Shown: positions 31,100-39,615 of the stretch, piece by piece
Numbering within the stretch: the first letter of the stretch is position 1
Layout of the letters: each line of letters begins with the position of its first letter
Source of the DNA: an uncultured Bacteroidota bacterium
GTDB lineage: Bacteria > Bacteroidota > Bacteroidia > Flavobacteriales > Flavobacteriaceae
DNA length: 64,000 nt
Assembly: GCA_902523665.1 (NCBI GenBank)
Contig: CABZAD010000002.1
Coordinates: 6,263-70,262, forward strand
Direction: 5' to 3'
Translations under genes and position numbers: made by a program
Notes under the pieces: generated by a model
The model's input: the letters and a program-made list of their open reading frames with translations, nothing else
Database searches by the model: none
What the model was told of the DNA's origin: nothing

Positions 31100-31107
31100 A
31101 TATCTTT
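31100..31107 (+). promoter_or_regulatory. Candidate -7 promoter box (TATCTTTG) for polA
   Basis: Exact TAnnTTTG 32 nt upstream of the ATG at 31140. Confidence 0.3.
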
Positions 31108-31139
31108 GTATATTGATGTAAATTTTTTTTACAGTTTTA

Positions 31140-33908
31140 ATGGAAAGTTCGAAAAAGCTTTTTTTACTTGATGCTTATGCACTAATATACAGAGGGTATT
31201 ATGCATTTATAAAAAATCCCAGGATCAATTCAAAAGGGACTGATACTTCTGCAATATTAGGATTTATGAACTCTCTTTTGGAAATAATTAGAACCCAAAA
31301 TCCAGATTACATTGCTGTAGCTTTTGATAAAGGTGGGTCAATTACGAGATCTGAAATGTTTACTGAATATAAAAGCAATAGAGATAAAACACCTGAACCA
31401 ATACTAGTTGCCATACCATATATTAAAGAGATACTTAAATCTATGAATATATCTGTTCTTGAAAAAGAAGGATATGAGGCAGATGATATAATAGGAACTG
31501 TTGCTAAAGATGCAGAGAAAAATAATTTTAAGGTATATATGGTAACACCTGATAAAGATTTTGCCCAACTTGTATCGAATAACATTTTCCTTTGTAAGCC
31601 AGCTAGAATGGGTAATAGTATGGAAATATGGGGAGTTGACGAGGTTAAGGATAGGTTTGAAGTAGACTCACCAGAGCAAGTAATTGATTATTTAGGAATG
31701 ATGGGAGATTCAGTTGATAATATTCCTGGACTACCAGGAGTTGGGGATAAAACTGCAAAAAAATTTATAAAAGAATATGGGAATTTAGAGACACTTCTTG
31801 AAAATTCACATGAAATCACTGGTAAACTTGGGGAAAAAATTGCCGATAATAAAGAGCTTGGAATTTTGTCAAAAAAACTTGCAAGAATAATTCTTGATGT
31901 CCCAATAAAATATAAGTTGACTGACTTTGAATTATCTGATCCTAATAATAAAACTGTAATGAAAATTTTTGACGAGCTTGAATTTAGAAGAGTAAAAGAG
32001 TCTTTTATTAAAATTTTTGGATTTGATTCAAAAGGAAATACTGAAGAATTAGTTCAGGGAAATTTATTTGGTGAAAATAATCTAACTCAAGAAAAATCGA
32101 ATCTTAGCAAGAGTGATTCTCACTATCAAAGAATTGATTCAAGTCAAGAGTTAGAATATTTGGTTAATAAACTATTAATGCAAAAAATTGTTGCATTTGA
32201 TACTGAAACAGAAGGGTTAGACTCACTAGAAACTGAAATTGTTGGAATTTCATTTTCATGGTTAGAAAAAAAGGGGTTCTATGTTCCAATTGAAAATAGT
32301 AAGTCTCTTCAAAAAGAATATTTTGAAATTATGAGGCCTTTTTTTGAAAATAAAGAGATAACTAAAGTTGGCCATAATCTTAAGTTTGATATTAAAGTAT
32401 TATTTAAATATAATATTGAGGTCTCAGGACCATTATATGATACTATGGTAGCTCATTACCTAATCAACCCCGACAGGAGACATAATCTTGACACCTTATC
32501 TGAATCTTACTTAAATTATTCTCCAATATCAATTGAGAGCCTTATCGGCAAAAAGGGTAAAAACCAAGGATCTATGAGAGATGTTCCGATTGAAAAACTA
32601 ACTGATTATGCCGCTGAAGATGCTGATCTTACTCTTCAATTAAAGCAAATTTTTGATGAAGAGTTGAAAACAAACGAAGTTGAAGAAATATTTAGGGATA
32701 TTGAGATTCCAATGATCCGTGTTCTTGCAGATATGGAAAAAGAAGGAATAAGCATAGATAGCTCATATTTAAATAATTTAGACAAAGTATTTGAATCTGA
32801 GCTTAATAAATTAAAAAGTGGAATTTTTAAAAAATCTGGTGAAGAATTTAATCTTAATTCTCCAAAGCAGCTTGGGGATATATTATTTGATAAACTAAAA
32901 GTAGTCTCAAAACCAAAAAAAACTAAAACTGGACAATACTCTACTTCAGAAGAGGTTTTATCTAGTTTAGCTAATGAACATGACATTATAAGGAGTATAT
33001 TAGAATGGAGATCCTTAGATAAACTTCAAAATACTTATGTTAGATCTTTACCAAATGAGGTAAGTTCAAGAACAGGTAGGATTCATACAAAGTTTAATCA
33101 GACTGTTACAACTACTGGTCGTTTAAGTAGTAATAATCCTAATCTACAGAATATACCGATTAGAACAGAAAATGGTCAAAAAATTAGAGAAGCATTTATT
33201 CCAAAAAATCAAGATTTTGAACTTCTAGCAGCTGATTATTCTCAGATTGAATTAAGGGTAATAGCATCAATAAGTAAGGATAAGAATATGATTGATGCAT
33301 TTGTTAAGAATCAAGATATTCATACTATAACTGCCTCAAAAATTTATGATGTAAATCCAGAAAATATCACAAGAGAACAAAGAGGAAATGCTAAAACCGT
33401 AAATTTTGGAATAATATATGGTGTCTCTGCATTTGGGTTAAGCCAACAGACAAACTTGTCAAGATCTGAATCAAAGATTATGATAGATAATTATTTTGAA
33501 AATTATCCTGGACTTAAAGATTATATGTCTAGTCAGATTGATTTTGCAAGAAACAAAGGTTATGTAGAGACAATAATGGGAAGAAGAAGATATTTACAAA
33601 ATATTAACTCACAGAACAATATGTTAAGAAGTGGTGCTGAAAGAAATGCTATAAATGCACCTATTCAAGGAAGCGCTGCTGATATTATCAAAATTGCAAT
33701 GATAAGAGTTCATAAAAAGTTCAAAGAACAGTCATTAAAATCAAAAATGTTACTTCAGGTTCATGATGAGCTTGTTTTTGATGTACATAAATCAGAAAAA
33801 GATATGGTTAAGAGTATAGTCAGAGATACTATGGAATCCGCTGTACGGCTTGATGTTCCTCTTAAAATTGACTTAGAATTTGGAAAAAATTGGTTAGAGG
33901 CACATTAA
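31140..33908 (+). CDS. polA: DNA polymerase I (5'-3' exonuclease, 3'-5' exonuclease and polymerase domains)
   Basis: 922 aa with a 5' nuclease N-terminus (LLDAYALIYRGYYA), Exo I (VAFDTETEG), and polymerase motifs A (LLAADYSQIELR), B (RGNAKTVNFGIIYG) and C (QVHDELVF). Confidence 0.95.
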   Translation: MESSKKLFLLDAYALIYRGYYAFIKNPRINSKGTDTSAILGFMNSLLEIIRTQNPDYIAVAFDKGGSITRSEMFTEYKSNRDKTPEPILVAIPYIKEILKSMNISVLEKEGYEADDIIGTVAKDAEKNNFKVYMVTPDKDFAQLVSNNIFLCKPARMGNSMEIWGVDEVKDRFEVDSPEQVIDYLGMMGDSVDNIPGLPGVGDKTAKKFIKEYGNLETLLENSHEITGKLGEKIADNKELGILSKKLARIILDVPIKYKLTDFELSDPNNKTVMKIFDELEFRRVKESFIKIFGFDSKGNTEELVQGNLFGENNLTQEKSNLSKSDSHYQRIDSSQELEYLVNKLLMQKIVAFDTETEGLDSLETEIVGISFSWLEKKGFYVPIENSKSLQKEYFEIMRPFFENKEITKVGHNLKFDIKVLFKYNIEVSGPLYDTMVAHYLINPDRRHNLDTLSESYLNYSPISIESLIGKKGKNQGSMRDVPIEKLTDYAAEDADLTLQLKQIFDEELKTNEVEEIFRDIEIPMIRVLADMEKEGISIDSSYLNNLDKVFESELNKLKSGIFKKSGEEFNLNSPKQLGDILFDKLKVVSKPKKTKTGQYSTSEEVLSSLANEHDIIRSILEWRSLDKLQNTYVRSLPNEVSSRTGRIHTKFNQTVTTTGRLSSNNPNLQNIPIRTENGQKIREAFIPKNQDFELLAADYSQIELRVIASISKDKNMIDAFVKNQDIHTITASKIYDVNPENITREQRGNAKTVNFGIIYGVSAFGLSQQTNLSRSESKIMIDNYFENYPGLKDYMSSQIDFARNKGYVETIMGRRRYLQNINSQNNMLRSGAERNAINAPIQGSAADIIKIAMIRVHKKFKEQSLKSKMLLQVHDELVFDVHKSEKDMVKSIVRDTMESAVRLDVPLKIDLEFGKNWLEAH

Positions 33909-33943
33909 TTAAAAAAAAGTTTTTTTAAAATTTTTTATAATTG

Positions 33944-33951
33944 TACATTTG
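33944..33951 (+). promoter_or_regulatory. Candidate -7 promoter box (TACATTTG) for rplM-rpsI-rpsB-tsf
   Basis: Exact TAnnTTTG 21 nt upstream of the rplM ATG. Confidence 0.4.
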
Positions 33952-33972
33952 CACGCCTAGATTTAATCTATT

Positions 33973-34428
33973 ATGACTAAAACAAGTTATAAAACTTTAT
34001 CTGCAAATAGTAAAACAGTAAACAAAGAGTGGGTGCTTGTTGATGCTGCTAAATTACCATTGGGTAGAACTGCTTCAATAGTTGCAACTCTATTACGAGG
34101 AAAGCATAAGACTAACTTTACACCTCATGTTGATTGCGGTGATAATGTAATTGTTATCAACGCTGAGAAAATTGAGCTATCCGGTGATAAGTGGAGTCAA
34201 AAACAGTATATAAGTCATACAGGTTATCCTGGCGGGCAAAGAATTATTACTGCTGATAAACTTCATCAGAAAAATAATATTAAGCTCGTTGAGAAGGCTG
34301 TCAAAGGTATGCTCCCTAAAAATAAGCTTGGTGCTGTTTTATACAGAAACCTAAAAGTTTTTCCTGGCTCAAAACATAGTCATGAAGCACAAAAACCTAA
34401 ACTAATTGATGTTAATAGCAAAATATAA
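33973..34428 (+). CDS. rplM: 50S ribosomal protein L13
   Basis: Conserved L13 sequence (WVLVDAAKLPLGRTAS, GDNVIVINAEKI). Confidence 0.95.
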   Translation: MTKTSYKTLSANSKTVNKEWVLVDAAKLPLGRTASIVATLLRGKHKTNFTPHVDCGDNVIVINAEKIELSGDKWSQKQYISHTGYPGGQRIITADKLHQKNNIKLVEKAVKGMLPKNKLGAVLYRNLKVFPGSKHSHEAQKPKLIDVNSKI

Positions 34429-34814
34429 TGGAAGTAATTCATAAAATTGGAAGAAGAAAAACCTCTGTTGCTAGAGTATATATGTCAGAGGGCAAGGGTA
34501 ATATTACTGTTAACAAAAAAGCCTACTCGGAATTTTTTAGTACAGCTGCATTACAATATAAAATTCTTCAACCATTCAATTTAACAGAAACTAAAGATAA
34601 ATTTGATTTATCAGTTAGTGTAAAAGGTGGTGGAGTAAATGGACAAGCTGAAGCAATAAGACTTGCTATATCTAGAGCATTAGTTGAATTCAATGAAGAA
34701 TTTAAATCTACACTAAAATCTAAAGGCTTAATGACTAGAGATCCTAGAATGGTTGAGAGAAAGAAATTTGGTCAAAAGAAAGCAAGAAAAAAATTCCAAT
34801 TCTCCAAAAGATAA
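34428..34814 (+). CDS. rpsI: 30S ribosomal protein S9
   Basis: GRRKTSVARV and the C-terminus RKKFGQKKARKKFQFSKR. Start overlaps the rplM stop. Confidence 0.95.
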   Translation: MEVIHKIGRRKTSVARVYMSEGKGNITVNKKAYSEFFSTAALQYKILQPFNLTETKDKFDLSVSVKGGGVNGQAEAIRLAISRALVEFNEEFKSTLKSKGLMTRDPRMVERKKFGQKKARKKFQFSKR

Positions 34815-34817
34815 ATT

Positions 34818-35594
34818 ATGGCTAAGACAGACGTTAAAGAGTTATTGGATGCAGGTGTGCATTTTGGGCACTTAACAAGAAAGTGGAACCCAAATATGGC
34901 TCCTTACATTTATATGGAGAGAAATGGTATTCATATAATCAATTTATACAAAACTGCTGCAAAACTCGAAGAATCAGTAAACGCAATAAAAAAAATAGTT
35001 CTTTCTGGTAGAAAGATACTTTTTGTTGCTACAAAAAAACAAGCAAAAGATATAGTTGCTGAAAAAGCTGATTCAGTAAATATGCCATACATAACAGAAA
35101 GATGGCCTGGTGGAATGCTTACAAATTTTGTTACTATTAGAAAAGCAGTTAAAAAAATGAATGCTATTGACAGAATGAAAGCTGATGGTACATTTGAGAC
35201 CTTATCAAAAAAAGAGAAACTTCAAGTCGACAGACAAAGAGCTAAGCTTGAGAAAAATCTTGGTTCAATCTCTGATATGACAAGATTACCTGGTGCTATA
35301 TTTGTTGTAGACACATTAAATGAGAAAATATCGGTTCAAGAAGCACAGAAATTGAATATTCCAATTTTTGCAATGGTTGATACAAATTCTGATCCTGATG
35401 AAGTTGACTTCATCATTCCTTCAAATGACGACGCCTCAAAATCTATAGAAAAGATTTTAGACATAGTATGTAGTGCAATTAAGGAATCATTGGAAGAAAG
35501 AAAGAAGGAAAAAGAAATTGATGAACAAAAAAAACTAGAAGAAGCTGAAGCTCTTGCAAATTCCGATGATACTGATACTTCTTTAGAAGAATAA
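34818..35594 (+). CDS. rpsB: 30S ribosomal protein S2 (with acidic C-terminal tail)
   Basis: LLDAGVHFGH and RWPGGMLTN motifs. Confidence 0.95.
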   Translation: MAKTDVKELLDAGVHFGHLTRKWNPNMAPYIYMERNGIHIINLYKTAAKLEESVNAIKKIVLSGRKILFVATKKQAKDIVAEKADSVNMPYITERWPGGMLTNFVTIRKAVKKMNAIDRMKADGTFETLSKKEKLQVDRQRAKLEKNLGSISDMTRLPGAIFVVDTLNEKISVQEAQKLNIPIFAMVDTNSDPDEVDFIIPSNDDASKSIEKILDIVCSAIKESLEERKKEKEIDEQKKLEEAEALANSDDTDTSLEE

Positions 35595-35612
35595 ACTCTA
35601 AATATTACCAAA

Positions 35613-36431
35613 TTGAAAATAACTGCATCTGAGGTAAATAAGTTAAGACAAGCTACAGGAGCTGGTATGATGGACTGTAAAAAAGCTCTTGAAGAATCCG
35701 GTGGAAACTTTGATAAAGCAATAGAAGTACTCAGAAAGAAAGGGCAAAAAGTTGCTGCGAACAGGGCTGATAGAGAATCATCGGAAGGTGTAGTATTGGC
35801 TAAAGTTAATTCAGATAATACGTCTGGGATTATAATTTCTCTTAATTGTGAAACTGATTTTGTTGCAAAAAATGATGATTATGTTCAATTGGCTCAAAGA
35901 TTAGCTGATCATGCTCTAGGCTATAATGATAAAGAATCTTTCTTAAATTCTAATTTTGAAGGTATGAAGGTTTCAGAAAAACTGTTAGAACAAACAGGTA
36001 TTATTGGTGAAAAAATTGAAATAGGTTCTTTTGAACATATATCTGCGAGCTTTGTAGGATCTTACATTCATGCTGGGAACAAAATTGCATCAATTGTTGG
36101 TTTTTCAGAAAACTTTGATAATGCTAGTAATGTCGGTAAAGATTTATCAATGCAGATAGCTGCTATGAATCCAGTTGCTATTGATGAGAATGGAGTTAGC
36201 CAGGAAATCATCGCTAAAGAAATTGAAATTGCTAAGGATCAGCTTAGACAAGAGGGTAAGCCTAAGGAAATGTTAGATAATATTGCTAAGGGCAAGCTTA
36301 AAAAGTTTTTCAAAGAAAACACCCTAATTAATCAGCAATTTATAAAGGACAGCAAAATAAACATCTCACAATATATTAAAGGTTACTCTGATTCAGTTGA
36401 AGTAACTGATTTTTCTAGAGTGGGAATATAA
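35613..36431 (+). CDS. tsf: Translation elongation factor Ts
   Basis: The N-terminal UBA region LRQATGAGMMDCKKALEE needs the TTG start at 35613. An in-frame stop lies 21 nt upstream with no ATG in between. Confidence 0.95.
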   Translation: MKITASEVNKLRQATGAGMMDCKKALEESGGNFDKAIEVLRKKGQKVAANRADRESSEGVVLAKVNSDNTSGIIISLNCETDFVAKNDDYVQLAQRLADHALGYNDKESFLNSNFEGMKVSEKLLEQTGIIGEKIEIGSFEHISASFVGSYIHAGNKIASIVGFSENFDNASNVGKDLSMQIAAMNPVAIDENGVSQEIIAKEIEIAKDQLRQEGKPKEMLDNIAKGKLKKFFKENTLINQQFIKDSKINISQYIKGYSDSVEVTDFSRVGI

Positions 36432-36490
36432 TTGTTTGTTACTAAAAGCTTGCATTAATGATGCTACTCTCCTAATTTTATTGAAAAGAA

Positions 36491-38332
36491 ATGAATCAAA
36501 TTAAATCTATTTTTTCTTGGCTTAATAGTTTTCTAGAAAAAGCCAGAATTATAATGCTCAATTTAGCTACAGCCATCGTTTTGATTTTTTTTATAATATT
36601 AATTTTTGGGCCAATAACATCTTTAGAATCAGAAGTTAAAGATCCAAATGGCAGAGTGCTATTTATTGATCCTGTGGGAACTGTAGTTGACCAAGAAGTG
36701 TTTAGTTCAGATTTTCTGCTTGACATTGCTACAGGATCCTCAACTGAACAAATTCAAACAAGAGATCTTATTCAATTAATAAGAGCTGCAGGTCAAGATG
36801 AAGATATCCCTGCTGTGCTTGTTGATTTCTCATCCACAAGCTTTGCTGGACCAACCACAGCAATAAATATTGCAAAAGAGTTGAAGTTACTTCGCGATTC
36901 AGGTAAAAGGGTAATTGCTTTCAATGATCGTTTATCAACAACTTCTTATCTCATGGCTTCTCAAGCATCTGAGATCTGGCTACATCCTGTTGGGAGTATA
37001 AGTATTAGGGGTATTGGGGGAGTTCGTGCTTATCAAAAAGAGCTTTATGAAAATCTAAAAATCAATTTTCACAATTATTCTCAAGGTGATTTCAAATCTG
37101 CAGTTGAGTCAAATACAAGAACTAACATGTCAGAAAATGACAAGATGCAAAGAGAAGATCTGCTCAATCCTATTTGGGATGAAATGAAATCCCTTATGGC
37201 ACAGGGACGTGGTATTGAAATAGATGATATCCAATCTTTTGCAGATGAATACATCGGATTTTTTGGAGAGGCTGAAATTGGAAATATTGCCTATGCTTTA
37301 GAAAAAAAAATTATTGATGGTACAAAATCATTTCCTGGATTTCGTCAGTATATGATTGAAGAATTTGGTTTAGATGAAGAGGCTGAAACAGAAACTTACA
37401 AAACTATTTCTTATAAAGACTATAAAAAACAAATAAATGAAGATTCCTCTAATAGTGATAATCAAATAGCTGTAATAACTGTTGAAGGAGTAATCATGGA
37501 GGGGGAAATTGTACAAGGTGTTGCAGGTGCTAATGGGATAGTAAAACAAATAAGATCAGCTCATGAAGATAAAAATACAAAAGCTATTGTCTACAGAGTA
37601 AACAGTCCTGGTGGGTCTGTAATTGCTAGTGAGATGATGAGAGATGAATTAATCGCTGCTAAAAGAAAAGGAATTAACGTGATTGTATCTATGGGGGACT
37701 ACGCAGCATCTGGGGGAGTATACATCTCAACTCCAGCTGATTATATTTTTGCTGAACCTACAACTATCACTGGCTCTATTGGAGTGGCAATTGCTATTCC
37801 AACATTTGAAAATGCAATGGATTACATTGGAGTAAATTTTGACGGAGTGTATACCTCAAAGTACGCAGGCTGGGATCCTACTCAAGCCATTGATAACAAT
37901 TTAGATAAAATTTTTGCAAGCTGGGGTGCTGATGTATACGATCGATTTGTCAGCTTTGTAGCTGAGTCAAGATCTCAATCATATGAGGAGATTAAAAAGA
38001 TTGCAGGTGGTAGAGTCTGGATTGCAAAAAGTGCTAAAGAAATTGGTCTTGTAGATGAGATTGGTGGAATTAATGATGCAATTAAATATGCAGCCAAAAT
38101 ATCAGAGCTAGAAGATTATAAAGTTCAATATTACAGTGAAGTACCCTCACCAGAGGCATTAATTCTCGAGGAATTAATTGAAAATTTTGATGTGTCTATT
38201 AAAGATACTAAGGTATTATCAGTACTTAACGGTATAGCAAGACTATATGAAACTTTAATAGGAATTCAAGAACCAAAGGCATTATTAACTTGTAATGACT
38301 GTTTAGTGAATCTTAATTTATTAGAAAGGTAA
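36491..38332 (+). CDS. sppA: Signal peptide peptidase SppA, 67K type
   Basis: 613 aa with an N-terminal TM anchor and two ClpP/crotonase-like halves (SMGDYAASGGVYIS active-site region). Confidence 0.85.
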   Translation: MNQIKSIFSWLNSFLEKARIIMLNLATAIVLIFFIILIFGPITSLESEVKDPNGRVLFIDPVGTVVDQEVFSSDFLLDIATGSSTEQIQTRDLIQLIRAAGQDEDIPAVLVDFSSTSFAGPTTAINIAKELKLLRDSGKRVIAFNDRLSTTSYLMASQASEIWLHPVGSISIRGIGGVRAYQKELYENLKINFHNYSQGDFKSAVESNTRTNMSENDKMQREDLLNPIWDEMKSLMAQGRGIEIDDIQSFADEYIGFFGEAEIGNIAYALEKKIIDGTKSFPGFRQYMIEEFGLDEEAETETYKTISYKDYKKQINEDSSNSDNQIAVITVEGVIMEGEIVQGVAGANGIVKQIRSAHEDKNTKAIVYRVNSPGGSVIASEMMRDELIAAKRKGINVIVSMGDYAASGGVYISTPADYIFAEPTTITGSIGVAIAIPTFENAMDYIGVNFDGVYTSKYAGWDPTQAIDNNLDKIFASWGADVYDRFVSFVAESRSQSYEEIKKIAGGRVWIAKSAKEIGLVDEIGGINDAIKYAAKISELEDYKVQYYSEVPSPEALILEELIENFDVSIKDTKVLSVLNGIARLYETLIGIQEPKALLTCNDCLVNLNLLER

Positions 38333-38689
38333 ATCATCTTCTGTCAAATCACTTGGTGAATCTGTATCAGGTTCCATCGGCAAATCAGCAGGAGCTGAAT
38401 CCATAACTTGATCATCTAGTGACTCTATTCTCCATCCTTGAATGGAATTAAAATACTTTATTCCTTGATCAGGGCTTTCCCATTCTCTCCCTCTAATGTT
38501 AATTCCTATTCTTACAGTTTGACCTATATTGAAGTTATCTAAAAGTTCACAATTATTCTGAACAAATTCAATCAATATATGTTGAGGGTATTGATCCTCA
38601 GTTGTTAGGACTAACTCTCTTTTACGAAAACCATTGTCTCCGTATGTTTTTATATCTCCAATAAGTTTAATTTTTCCAAGTAATTCCAT
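38321..38689 (-). CDS. DUF3127-like OB-fold protein with acidic SSB-type C-terminal tip
   Basis: 122 aa. The N-terminal region is GKIKLIGDIKTYGDNGFRKRELVLTT. The tail ends DLTEDDLPF. Confidence 0.65.
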   Translation of the reverse strand: MELLGKIKLIGDIKTYGDNGFRKRELVLTTEDQYPQHILIEFVQNNCELLDNFNIGQTVRIGINIRGREWESPDQGIKYFNSIQGWRIESLDDQVMDSAPADLPMEPDTDSPSDLTEDDLPF

Positions 38690-39078
38690 TATATATAAGA
38701 TTTTATTTTGTTCATTGTTTCAATAAATTGATTCTCTGTCAAATTAATTTTAGAATCAAAAGACATATCATTCATATTATTTATTGGGATAAGATGAACA
38801 TGTACATGAGGAACCTCTAGTCCAATAACACTCATTCCAACTCTTTCGCAAACTACAGCTTTTTTTATTGCGTTAGCAATTTTTTTGGAGAAAATAATAA
38901 GTTCAGATAAAGTTTTATCATCCAAATCAAATATCTGATCTATTTCTTTTTTGGGTATACACAATGTATGACCCATAGTATTTGGATTTATATCCAAAAA
39001 TGCAAGAAAATTATCATCTTCGTAGATTTTAAATGATGGTATCTCACCTGATATTATTTTTGAAAAAATTGATGTCAT
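38689..39078 (-). CDS. HIT-family (histidine triad) nucleotide hydrolase
   Basis: Histidine triad HVHVHLIP. 129 aa. Confidence 0.85.
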   Translation of the reverse strand: MTSIFSKIISGEIPSFKIYEDDNFLAFLDINPNTMGHTLCIPKKEIDQIFDLDDKTLSELIIFSKKIANAIKKAVVCERVGMSVIGLEVPHVHVHLIPINNMNDMSFDSKINLTENQFIETMNKIKSYI

Positions 39079-39551
39079 TATCTTGAAATTTCTAGAATTT
39101 CAAACTTAACTTTCCCACTAGGTGTAGCTATCTCTGCGGTATCACCTGTCTTTTTACCTAAAAGTCCTTTACCAATTGGAGAATCTACAGATATTTTTCC
39201 TTGGGCAAGGTTTGCCTCGCTTTGTGCAACGAGCTTATATTCCATAACAGCTGAATTTGTCATGTTTTTAATTTTTACAATTGAATGAACAAGTACTTTT
39301 GAAGAGTCTAATTTTGATTCATCAATAATTCTAGCATTTGAGAGCGTCTCTTCAAGTTTTGAAATCTCTAATTCAAGCATTCCTTGAGCTTCTTTTGCAG
39401 CATCATATTCTGCATTCTCACTTAAGTCACCCTTGTCTCTTGCCTCAGCAATTGCTTGAGAAGCACGAGGCCTCTCCACATCTTTAAGTTGTGCTAATTT
39501 ATCTCTAAGCTCATTTAAGCCTTTTTCAGTATAATATGAAATATTACCCAT
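39078..39551 (-). CDS. greA: Transcription elongation factor GreA
   Basis: Coiled-coil N-terminus with ARDKGDLSENAEYDAAKE and the C-terminal FKBP-like domain (SPIGKGLLGKKTGD). Confidence 0.95.
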   Translation of the reverse strand: MGNISYYTEKGLNELRDKLAQLKDVERPRASQAIAEARDKGDLSENAEYDAAKEAQGMLELEISKLEETLSNARIIDESKLDSSKVLVHSIVKIKNMTNSAVMEYKLVAQSEANLAQGKISVDSPIGKGLLGKKTGDTAEIATPSGKVKFEILEISR

Positions 39552-39559
39552 ATTTTATG

Positions 39560-39586
39560 CAAAAAAATCCCCAATAAAGTGGGGAT
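39560..39586 (-). terminator. Rho-independent terminator downstream of the TonB-dependent receptor gene
   Basis: Minus strand reads ATCCCCA-CTTTAT-TGGGGAT followed by TTTTTTT: a 7-bp stem (4 G:C), 6-nt loop and U-tract. It lies 30 nt after the receptor stop. Confidence 0.7.
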
Positions 39587-39615
39587 ATTTGTAATAAATT
39601 TACAAAATATTTTGC

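Noticed and set aside
33909-33935. A8-G-T7 and AAAATTTTTT stretches after polA as a possible terminator.
   Set aside because: The stem would be A:T only with essentially no loop, which is not a credible intrinsic terminator.
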